Positions 1 to 11,300 of a stretch of DNA of 33,912 nucleotides are shown here, one piece after another; positions within the stretch are counted from its first letter, which is position 1, and the number at the start of each line of letters is the position of its first letter. The DNA is taken from assembly GCA_001655205.1 (NCBI GenBank), contig LPNZ01006159.1:1-33912 (forward strand), given 5' to 3'. The notes beneath the pieces are model-generated. The model was not told the DNA's origin. It ran no database searches and worked only from the letters and a program-made list of their open reading frames with translations. Both the position numbers and the translations under genes were made by a program. This DNA comes from Lenisia limosa. Taxonomy: Eukaryota; Protista; Breviatea.

Positions 1-411
1 GATGGTATCATGCTATATTTATTGCGTACATTGATCATAGAAAAAAATAAAAGCGAATAATACAAGACATATTATTCCATCTCTCTTTTGTTGTGTTATT
101 TTTGGATTTATTTCTCTTGAAGGTGGAAAGATGGCGGATAAATCTATCACAAAATCCTGCTGTTTACAATCTTCCAACTATTCAAATTCCCCATACAATC
201 AGCCTCCAAGGGCGAAATAACTGAAGACAATGCCGATGACATTGGCCGGCTTGGCCTCGGACTAGAATGTGAGAAGGCTATGAAAATAGGGGAAAGGCGC
301 CAAAAATTGGGAAGGATCTCAGACAAATTAGCACAGCTTGCTTACGCCTCATTTTGATCAGCAAATAGGTTCAACGGTAATTGGTCATCAACTGGGGATA
401 CGTTCCTCAAG

Positions 412-583
412 TGACGTTGTCTTGACGCCGGGTTGAGAGCCTGGTTAAACAACATTTGTCTTTTCATGCCAACGGTGAGCTACAAAAAGAGGGAGTAGTC
501 TCTTGAAACGATAAAAACACTTTAGTATTTAAATTTATAACGAATGCAGGAATGCAGCAGTAGTAGGCCAACAAAACAGCCAT
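412..583 (-). CDS. Possible small spliced hypothetical gene or exons, continuing to ~245
   Basis: ATG at 583 gives MAVLLAYYCCIPAF|gt, followed by an open exon after tttgtag (LTVGMKRQMLFNQALNPASRQRHL..NEA|gtaag). No recognisable homology. Confidence 0.2.
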
Positions 584-1055
584 TATGACAGAGATCATCT
601 GTCAACATTTTTGGCGCCAAAAGGGCTGGACTTTTGTTTAGTCCACTGACGGCAGTAGAAGGCCTCTTGCCTTAAGGAATTTCCTAGATTTTGTGTTTTA
701 TTCATAATAATAATAGTAGTTTTACTTTTAAGCGCTTAGAGTTGCCAAAATGCCAAAATGGAAGAAATACCTTCACCCTTTTATCATTCCGGCCGCATGG
801 ACTGCCCGATTGCAAAATCAAGTGTCCTTTTTAAGTCTTTTATTCCCTTTTCAGTCCACATCCGTCTCGCGACAGTTTCATCTGTCCAAAAAAGCCACAC
901 TTTTTTTTCTCTACTTTGTATTTGAAAGAGGGTTACACCGTGCTGAAATGGAAAGATAACAGTGTATCGGGAAACAAATCGAAACAAACTGTGCCTACTC
1001 TCTGCACAGATTAAAACCATAATAATAACCATAATAATAACCATAAATAAAAGAC

Positions 1056-4000
1056 TTAGTAACGCTGCTGAGACAGAGGGTGGAAGAACTTGGAAGGGGG
1101 AAGCGGAGAAGAAGGTAAGGGGCTTGGTGGGGGTGATGGCGTGGGGTGTGAAGGCACGATTGGGGGGTTGGAAACAGGGAGGAAGTCACTGAACATGGCT
1201 TTGACTGTTATGTCACCTAAAGAGTAAGATGAATAAAGCATGCGATGCGGGTGGAAAGGCAACCCCCCCCCCCCNNNNNNNNNNNNNNNNNNNNNNNNNN
1301 NNNNNNNNNNNNNNNNNNNNNNNNNNNNNNNNNNNNNNNNNNNNNNNNNNNNNNNNNNNNNNNNNNNNNNNNNNNNNNNCTAAACAGTGAAATGCACAAG
1401 AAAATGGATATTAATAAGTTGAAGTACCCACTTTTTTGCCCTTGCTATGACAGAATAATCGCCTATCAAGGCTAGATCATAGATCGACATCCCATGACAC
1501 CGTGCTACAAGCACTCCAACGGCTCGGTCAAGGTCAGGCCTATTGGGGTCAGGTCAAGACGGTAAAATTGGAGAATTTATGAACAAAAAAGCCCAAAATC
1601 AACTCTGTTGGCTAACACCACATGAGTTGAGAACAACAAAACAAACAAAGNNNNNNNNNNNNNNNNNNNNNNNNNNNNNNNNNNNNNNNNNNNNNNNNNN
1701 NNNNNNNNNNNNNNNNNNNNNNNNNNNNNNNNNNNNNNNNNNNNNNNNNNNNNNNNNNNNNNNNNNNNNNNNNNNNNNNNNNNNNNNNNNNNNNNNNNNN
1801 NNNNNNNNNNNNNNNNNNNNNNNNNNNCATTCCAAAAGAGAAGACAGTAAGCAGAAACGCCACAATGCCCACTCGTGCCAAGGCTTATGCGATATGGACC
1901 TGGCCCAGAGTGCCAGGGGTGGGGATGCATTGAAGTTCAGCGACACAGTCCAGGCAAGTGAGTCGCAAGAGTCGTGCCAGTGACTCTGAAGTATGAGGAA
2001 TGCTTGTAGTAGAGAGAATAAAATTAAACTCATTTAAATTCCAATGATTATAAAACATTGTAGAGTTTACCAATTCTGTGGTCTGAAAAAAGCTGAGACC
2101 TTTTTTTGAGAAAGAAAAGCTTACCGTGATCTTAGGGGAATTGCCTAAAAGAGCGGCGGTTGAAGCGTANNNNNNNNNNNNNNNNNNNNNNNNNNNNNNN
2201 NNNNNNNNNNNNNNNNNNNNNNNNNNNNNNNNNNNNNNNNNNNNNNNNNNNNNNNNNNNNNNNNNNNNNNNNNNNNNNNNNNNNNNNNNNNNNNNNNNNN
2301 NNNNNNNNNNNNNNNNNNNNNNNNNNNNNNNNNNNNNNNNNNNNNNNNNNNNNNNNNNNNNNNNNNNNNNNNNNNNNNNNNNNNNNNNNNNNNNNNNNNN
2401 NNNNNNNNNNNNNNNCACGTGCATGCTACTGTCTATCTAATTACAGTCTAATCATTCCAGAACCATTAACGAACTCATTCACAATACGTTAAAGTTTTGG
2501 TTTAGTTTTGCCTTCGCCTCCCCGTCACAGATAGACAGCCAACCCGCAGCCAACCAGCAGGTCGTGCCGCTGCAGCGTCAATGAGGTTTGTAATAGCCAG
2601 GGAACTGGGGGACAAACGCAGAATAATGCGCAGGTGGCCTTTGTCCTATGCGGAATATTACAAAATACACAAACTTTCTATGTCACATTTGTGGAGCTTC
2701 AAAAAACTGTTAACTCACAGATTGCAGTTAAATATCATATGATATTAGGAAAGTCTGAGGAAAGCCACTCTAAAGCACCCACTGAAGAGTAAGGCAGGAA
2801 CGAGTTGATGTCATGGTAGCCTTCGGAGGGAGGTGCGGGGTCCAGGTACGACCCATGTTCAATCTGGAGAGGGCGAGTGAAAAGGTGGTTGTAAAACAGA
2901 CTTCTATTCGAATTAAGCTTCAAAGAAAGAACCTTCAATGACTATTACCCATATCATACTAAATAAAATCACATATCCCTCTCACCCTTACACAACATTA
3001 ATATCACATACTCAAACATTAATATCACATATCCCTTTCACCCCACAGATATTTAACGATACTTTCTACATGCTATCATAACAATATCGCTTACAGCATT
3101 GACTAAAAGCTCTCTCAAGGCGGGGGCAAGACTGGACTGGAACACCCTGGTTATCCAGGGCACTTGCAGGGACTCGGCGCGTGACATTGCGTCTATTCGT
3201 GACCATGTAGTACCTATGTGAAGATGAGGGGAGGTTGACGATAAAGACCTTACAGAACAAATTTAACATCGGTGAAAATTAGTTGTGTTGAGAAAAGAGG
3301 AAATGCTTGTAGTCAAGCCAACTAACCCAGAAAGAGTCTCCATGGACCTTTGAACTCCAAAACTGCGCCTTGGCATGTTTTTACCGATTTCGCGCCGCTG
3401 AGTGGTGAACTAAAGGAACAGATGAACAAATTCAGAAAGCTATAAATACATTGTAACCAAAAAACATGAGTTTTAACTTGTGTGATATCCTAATGGGAAA
3501 ACAAACTTTCAACTGATGAAACACCTCTACTTACCCTGGAACGAATGCCTTAGAATTGAGAGAAAGGCCCTTGGTTCGCTCATTCGGCGTTCCAGGATCG
3601 TCGGACGAAATTGTTCGATATCCAGAGGGCAACTCTCCGAAACCATCCCATTCCTCGTCATCACCTAATGCAGTTACGGAGATATTGTCATCATCAATAT
3701 GAATGTACAGATGAGCTTTGGAAACAGGAGTTGAGTATTTAGACAATATTGGAAGGGAGGGGGGGGGGAGGCTTCAAAATGACAAGTTGTGCCTACCATG
3801 AACAACGACGCGCACGACGTACTCGCCAAAAAGGGCGTCAATAGCTCTGCGCTGTGTCACTTCACTCTCGTTCCAAAACCGAGCCGATTCCTCCGAGCCA
3901 AGCCCTGCAGAAACGTTTTGTCAGAGCGAGGTATGCTGGCTACGTTTGGAAAAAGCGATAATGCTGAATACTTGGAGAAGTATTCATAGATTCTCTTTGT

Positions 4001-7000
4001 ATAATTATTACAGTGGAGTGTCAAGTCCCAATAAAACATCGCAAAAGTTACAGTGTAGTGTCAGGTCCCAATGAAACATCGCAAATATTACAGTGGAGTG
4101 TCAGGTCCCAAAGAAAAATCGCAATTGACAGTATCCACTGGATTGGTCCAATGACAGCCCATCGCACCGCTATCACCAATGCGTAGAGCTTTCGGCAGCA
4201 TCATGTTGAAGCACTTCTGAATCCCTGATCTCCCAATCCTGTGATGATGAGCTGAATATGGGTGGTCCATTCAACATGGTTCACAAAAAAGAGGGAAATA
4301 GTTCGATCCTGAATAATATAAAATAACAAGTCATAAGACTTATAATCGTTATTTTTGTTGGGGAAACGCCACTTATAACCTACTTGGTGGACGCGGGAAG
4401 AGCGGAAGCATCGCGAGGCTGCGGGAACTTCTGAGAGAGAATGGAGAGATCGCCATCAACAACTTGAAACTAGGCGTGATTAGCTCCATCACAATCGCAT
4501 TTGGATGTATCCGATCAAACTTATCAAATCAATAACAGGAACAGAGCAGCCTAATACTGAACTACTATAAAAGCTGAACTTTTGTACCAGGATAGAATCG
4601 CCACCCACCTGGCTTTCTCCGGTTTGCGTGAACGCGCGGCCTTGATACGTAAATGGCGTATCCGAAACTCCAGTGCTCATCGTCAAAATGTACCGTTGTG
4701 GCTTTTTGGAAGAAATGGAAACCACTGCCATTTCAATCTATTGGATTAATAAAAAACATGGGGCTGGGAACGCGAAAACTCAAAACTTGTGCAAACTTTG
4801 GAATAGGGAGAAACATTGCGTCGAATTTCGGCCGACAGCAGAGCCTGTAACTGGGTGACCTCATGTTGCGTGAAACCTTCCACAAAAGGCGCCGAGTTGG
4901 GGTCCTCACGAATACCGAAAATCTGGACAATTGAGACTGAAAACCAACAAAGAGCTTAGCAAAACAAAGAAAGCATCCCAATACCCAGCGGACACACACT
5001 ATCTAGAATGACAATAGATCCTTTTTTGCTTACCATGACACAGGCAATTTCTCTGTTTTGGGAGTGGTACGCCAGTGAACAAGCTAAACTGTCAGTGACA
5101 ATGTGGACAGCTCCGATGAAAACTGGAACTAAGCACGAGTAAATATTTAACCAAGACCCACAATTAGCTCCTGCGATAAACTGCCGGAAGACCCTGTCAT
5201 AATCGGGCTTTCCAAGACGATTAACGGGGCCCTTCTTAATCTATATAGATAAAACTTAGACCTGTAGTTCAAACATTTGGAGAACACTTGATACGGAAAC
5301 CAGATATTCTGTTCAAACATTAACTGATTAGGCTTCAACACCCACCTTGGGGATTTGGGCCTTGTATTGGAGGCACACAGTGAGGTCATCAATGGTTGTG
5401 AAACCTTCATATCGTGGAAGTGCTAAGGGGTTAAAACTGCTTTTACCATATCACCAAAATGAGAAGTAAAAACATATCATATTTAGAGCCGCTTTTACAA
5501 GGTTATTTTTGGTTTTAGCATCCCTTGCAGAAACATACCATCCAAGTTTGAGAGAATAGACCAAATCTGCCTTCCAGTCGGTGCAGGGTCTGCAACTGAT
5601 AGAATAAGTGATAATTTACGATTATGAAATTGCACGAGAAAAGAAAAAAAGAGCTTCATTCTGATGAACCAGAAGGAACACTCTAAAAGGCCACATGCTT
5701 GTTATACAAAAGGAAAGGTAAGGAGTCCAACAGCCAACCATGCGGGTCCTCATGATAGGCAATCAAACGCCTTACTCCCTGGAAGAGTGCCCTAGTTGGT
5801 GAGCGTCAATACACTGAGTATAATATAAAAATAGGGTTGTAATATAAAAATGACACTTTCACCATAATTATCGCATTCGATCACCAAATCAACAGTTCCA
5901 AACCTTCCTGAAACTTCGCCCAATGTGGCCACAAATGTGTCAACCTAATAATAGGTCAAGATTGTGTTTTTAAAAAAACACTTCAATGCAAAAAAAAACA
6001 ATAGTTTTTTGTTTACAATCAGCTCACAGGAAGTCCAACGAATTCATCCCAGTCCAGTACGGCGAACTCTTTCGACTGTGAGGAGTATTTGCCGCCTCGG
6101 TACCACTCCAGAAAGCTGACAACTGGCTTGGATGCTGTGGGGGGTGGGGTGACTGTACAACTAAATTATCGACTATTCAATATTCTACTGGGCTTTTCAG
6201 GACTTAGAAAAGAACTAATGCCAAGAGCACAAGGAAGGATAACAACGCTTACAATGCTGTAATTGCGGAATTTCTGGCAATATCAACTTGTCCGGAACCC
6301 TGCGTTCACTTTCCCTCCTCAGATCTCGGCTTTGGCCATGAAAAGGCTCCAGCGGCGGGCCTTTGATTGCGGAAACAAAAGTCTGCAATCTTGAAGGCGA
6401 TGGTGGAGGCGTATCCTCTTTAAACCGATCGGGGTGAACAGGGTCAATAGGGTGGATGGAGGCTTTGGGGAGAGGTGGCTCTGGCAGTGTATTACCTACA
6501 GAATCAGAAAATTCAAATTTTGAACCTTGTGACAAAAAACTAATTAAGCTTCCAACTCGAAAAGAAATCACCGTTTGTAAAGAAGAGCAGGGTGTCACTT
6601 ATTCCGTAAAAGACTGGTAAAATATCGATATTTATTTAGTCTTTTTCGGACCGAAGCGACGCCATCAAGAAAAGTATCCATACATACCATCCTTTTGGGC
6701 TTCAAGTTCATCTTGCTTGGTTGCAAGGAAGGATATGATTGGCTCCGGGAGAGCTGGCGGCTGCATGATAGAATCGATAGCAGGAAGGTCACTGAGGGAC
6801 GCCGAGCGGTGCTTCTCCATAGGGGCTGTGAAGATGACACCGTGGATTCAAGAATGATGATGAAGAGGAATAGACAAATTAACTGAATGATGATGAGGAA
6901 TAGATAAATTAACTCGCATTTCTTGAAAACATTCCTCATGCACCACGAACCTGACAAACTGGACCCTCGTGGACGTGTGAAACTAGGGTTGGAATCAACC

Positions 7001-8139
7001 AGGGTATCGAGGGCTTTCTGGAGATCCAGTGACTCCAGTGACACGGGTTGGGGTAGTAAGTTCGGCTCCAGTTTAGGAGAAGGCGGCTAGTGATTGTTAG
7101 TGTCACTTGAACTGTGATGATATAATATACACGGGAAAAGTAAGACGAACGCCAAATTTCCTCGTGTATTATAATAATATCAACAACAAAATGGGTAATA
7201 GCATAATGAAGATAAAGATGGACAAAGCACTTCAATAATGCCTCTACCCCCCCAACCGAGGCAACCGATCCAAAAATGGGCATGGCTGAATCCTCTCCAA
7301 CATGCAGTGCGCGGAGAGGGATACCCGCATCATGGCCTGCGGCCAGTTAGCATGCCATTAACTACTTCCAAAATTGAACCAGAATCATGGTGTTTATATT
7401 CCCAGTAAATCAATTCTCACCGGCAGCGACAGGCAGCAGGTACGGCAGCCTTAACTCCACAGGTTGAAGGCCTGGCTGCGTTTCCTTCTTCCATAAGTGC
7501 GAGAAACGAGAGAGACCTACACGTTTGTGAGTCCTGGAAGGTTTCTATTGCGCTTTGCTTCAAACATTTACCAAATTTCCAATGTCTATAATCTTTATCG
7601 CTTTCTTAGAGCCTTATAATCGATCATGATAGATTCCAGTGGGAGTCCAAGTTATCAAAATCACAATAACGTTCTAATGTATGATACAGTTAAATAAACA
7701 GCTGGGTATAAATTTAGAAGCAATGCCCTGATCAATTCTTCAAACCTGGAGAGAATGCACGAAGTGCTGAACCAGCCACCCTTCCAATGAACGACATCGT
7801 CAGTTGGAGTTGGGACAAAAGAAGGGTGAACGCAAGTACATGTGGAGAATACTTGGCTTATTGGCTGTACTCCTGTTAGTATTATAAAAAAATAAACTCA
7901 TTAAAGCGATGGAAGGGGACTAATGCGTTAAGGGAAGAGAATTGACTTGCACAGCTCTCCCTAATACGAAATACTTGTGATATTTTTTGAATTTTTGGAC
8001 TTAATATCTGATGATTTGAATGACTGAATGACTCCTTTGGGCATTAGGATTTTCCGGGATTGTTCCGGGCAACCGGGATATGTTGCATCGAAAAGAACAG
8101 AGATCTATGATCCATACAATGCGCTTTTTTGCCTGGCAT
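1056..8139 (-). CDS. Multi-exon gene for a putative Schlafen/AlbA_2-like + GHKL (HATPase_c_4 / RecG-C-terminal-like) protein with a Pro-rich C-terminus. The 5' boundary is uncertain and two internal N-gaps interrupt it.
   Basis: Hand-spliced GT-AG exons give, in order: LPRYEGFTTIDDLTVCLQYKAQIPK (~5435-5350); KPDYDRVFRQFIAGAN (~5210-5165); IFGIREDPNSAPFVEGFTQHEVTQLQALL (from 4922); IEMAVVSISSKKPQ..DTPFTYQGRAFTQTGES; AIDALFGEYVVRV; AVLEFKGPWRLFL (~3400-3330); LAPALRELLVNA|IEHG (junction 3095/2863); HLRIILRLSPSSLAITNLID (~2630-2575). The stop at 1056 and the start at 8139 (MPGKKAH|gt) are tentative. Family assignment is by recalled motif resemblance, not a database search. Confidence 0.5.
4008..4127. 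repeat. Tandem repeat, 3 x 40 bp, intronic in the minus-strand gene
   Basis: Unit ~TTACAGTGGAGTGTCAGGTCCCAATAAAACATCGCAAAAG starts at 4008, 4048 and 4088, with a few substitutions between copies. Confidence 0.9.
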
Positions 8140-8337
8140 CCGCTTTAGCAACCTTAGAGGAGATTTAAAGAAGATATAGAATAGAAGAGGATTTTTCGTC
8201 GAAATACAGGGGTATTTATAAGTAATATGGAATATTCTTGAAATTTAGGCGCCTTTTATTTTGATATGTCAAGAATTAGACGCCTCCTTCCATATTCTAC
8301 CTTTGTATACAACAAAAATAGGCATTGAAACGTCACC
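8140..8337. promoter_or_regulatory. Short divergent (bidirectional) promoter region
   Basis: AT-rich gap between the tentative minus-strand ATG (8139) and the plus-strand ATG at 8338 (caccATG GAG GAT AAA C|gtgagt). Contains TTAGGCGCCTTTT at ~8245-8257. Confidence 0.35.
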
Positions 8338-11300
8338 ATGGAGGATAAACGTGAGTTGGCCGTTCTCCTGTTGACCTTTTAGATTCTGTGAAGTCAAAGC
8401 GCATTGTTGAGAAAGGCGACGAGGTTGCTCTGGTGAGGATGGATATCAACATGCTTTATTTGTAACTGGAATGTGACTGTTTAATTTGAGTCGACTAAAA
8501 GACCCTGATAACACAACAGATGAAACTCCAACAACAGTCGCGTGAAGGAGTCCTGAATTCTCGCAACCGCAACCCAGCTGTCATCCGTCTATTTGTAAGA
8601 AGGGCTATAAACTACAAAATTGATCTAATGAAAAGATATTTATCAGGAGAGCCAAATGATTCAAGTTCTGAAAAAAAAAAAAAGCAAATCCACCCTTTTG
8701 TTTAAAAAGCAAATCCATCATTACTGTTCAAGAAGCAAATTCATCATTATTGTTCAATTGTTTTTCATAGTAGAATTGACAATTTTAGCATAAGGAGGTT
8801 CCATCGTTGTCAACGCCCAAAAAGAAGAATCTATCATGCAACCCTTCAAACAAAATGATAAAGGGCGGCACGAGTGCTATTCCGCCGGCGTCGGTGCAGT
8901 CTGCCCGGGATAGACACCTGAGCACCATGGCCCAGCAGAACCAGCACAAGGTGAGGCTCTGGGAGGGAAGTGGCACCTTCAGTACAAGAGACAGGAAGCT
9001 ATTCTTGGAAGATAGGTAGAAGTGACTTGGAATGTCAACAAGTTGGATGACCTGTTATCAATAGTGTGTTGTAATAGTCTTCTATTTAGTATACTCTAAA
9101 ATGGGAGGTTTTAAAAAATAGTGCCATTTTATTAATTATTTACTTTGACTATTGTAGCAGGGAGCGCCTGTTTTTGTCCCTCAAACAACGCATAAAGTGA
9201 GTGTGGTGCTTTGGTGTACACCAACAAAGTCTCTTTCGAAACAGATTATTGGACTCGAAGATCAAATTTGCCATTTAGTATATTCCCAGTGAAAACTTGA
9301 GACCATTTATTACTAATTTTTTTAACGTTTCAGGCGCCCTTTCCTATTCCAACCTTGCAGTGAGAGGTTGAATGAGTGCTTTGTTAACCTGTGAAATGAC
9401 AATTTTCCTCTCATGATTTCAAATAACCTGCATTTGGAAGCTAACGAAGCACTTTAATTCCGACCTAACTTCCTTTTAGACGTACTGACAACATTCCATC
9501 GTCAAAAACCAAGCCACTCCCACCCCAACGCCCAGAACATTTTGTGTATGAACGAATACATCAAAGTCTCGTCTCGAAATTTATGTATCATGTCGATACT
9601 GCCCTCTCTGACGCTTTTAGTCAACCAGCCAGTTTTCTCCAGTCCCACAATTCACAACTAGTGCCCAACGCTAGGCAGCCGAAGTATGGGGATCGCTTTG
9701 GGCGTTACCACTACTTAAAATAAATCAGGAAAATATCTTATTATCTCAATTGCTTGAGAAGATCTAAAAATATACTATTATATTAATGAAGTGAAGGCCT
9801 CTTGTAATGAGTTGCCACCATCCAACTAAACAAACCAACTATAAGCATATGATAATACTACCTTAAGCTTGCACAAGTACTTCTAACCTCTTTTTATGAC
9901 ACTTTAGTGCCCATCAACCCCAGCAGCCACAACACTCCCGGAGCCATCGTCACCACACCCCGCGTGCCCCTCACCATATCCCTCTCAAGCCCTCGCACAG
10001 GTAATGGAGTTGAAAAATAGGATATTTAGGTGCTCTGTTTATTATTGATTTTGCCATTGTTTTGCTACTAATTCTCAAGGACTCCACCACCAACACGAAC
10101 TTACAGTACCCGGCAATCGGCAAAGAAGGCGGCGAAGGTATGGGCGGAAAAAACCCAAAATCTTTCACCATTGACTCTTAGACTGATGGTTTGACATTTA
10201 TAGAAAGAACCGGAGGTGATAGCGCTTTCTTCTTCAGACAGTGATGCTGAGGATGAGCCAGAATACGCCACGCTGGAAACGGATTATCCCGGCCCTTCTT
10301 TGGGTTTGTTGCTCTTTTCTCACTCTCAATGCCAACCTTTCAGATTTAAGGATCATTATGATGGATAAAAATGGGCAATTTACCCAAAAAGACACACATA
10401 CATGACCCTTTCAGATGATGTGCTAGAGAATGCCCAAGACATCGTACCTATTCCTCAGGTATTCTGGAGGCAAATGTTGCGTGATAAAAGATAAGACTTT
10501 TCTAACATGTGTAGAACGTAGGAAAGACGCCTTATCTTGCAGAGGTGCATGGATCCCCCATAGACTCGCAGACTCCGGAGCCTCTGCCCTCGCTCAGGCC
10601 CTGCATTCCAGGTGGGATTGCTGCCTCCAGGGGCCTGGTGTTTCATTCGTTTCTTGGAGAGTTTGGTTCTAACATGCTCTTGAAAGGGTTGACAAAAGGA
10701 CATCTTTTTTTGCCTCTGACAAGCCAGTAACTCCCGAGATCTGACACTATAGAAACTCCCGACATCATTGGCACTATAGAAACTCCCGACATCATTGAAG
10801 AGGAAACAGCAATCGACGACTCGCAACAGGAAGTCCCACCAACCCCCGAGGTTCCCATTTCTTCCGGTAAGCTCTCCTTGGTGCCTGATATTATGGAGCT
10901 CTCTTGTATCTACTTCAATTTGGTGCCCAAACAGTCGGATTTATCCAATACCTAGGTCCTTTAATACCCCTTCAGATATTGGTGACAGCAGTAGTGACAG
11001 TGACAATGTGACTCTACTGCAGCAAAACACTCCAAAACAGAAACCGATAAGAGAACAGGAGATTCCCATCGACATCCTGGCTATTAGCGATGGTGGGTGG
11101 GCTCCAGCTTCTTGGGTCGGAACGAACTCACCGCGCCTTTTTCTACCGAAGTGAAGCCCAACACTATTCTCATGTAGTATATACCATATATATATATATA
11201 CTATATATCATATATTATATACACACATAGTACATGTTTTGGATCAGCCTTAGCCTTGGCAAAAGTTCATATGGATCAATAGACCACTCATGTTTAGTTC

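Noticed and set aside
1217-2492. Long ORFs containing X runs (also near 15.0-15.9, 26.9-27.3 and 28.3-30.5 kb)
   Set aside because: Their length comes from N-gaps translated as X. Only the sequenced flanks were used as evidence.
7578-7598. Minus-strand IKIIDIG resembling the kinase DFG region, with in-frame stops hinting at a non-standard genetic code
   Set aside because: No other kinase motifs are present. The recognisable genes here splice into stop-free frames and end at normal TAA/TAG, so unresolved splicing is the simpler explanation.
11165-11235. TA/CA-rich stretches (also 14730-14840)
   Set aside because: Ordinary degenerate intronic microsatellites with no further structure.
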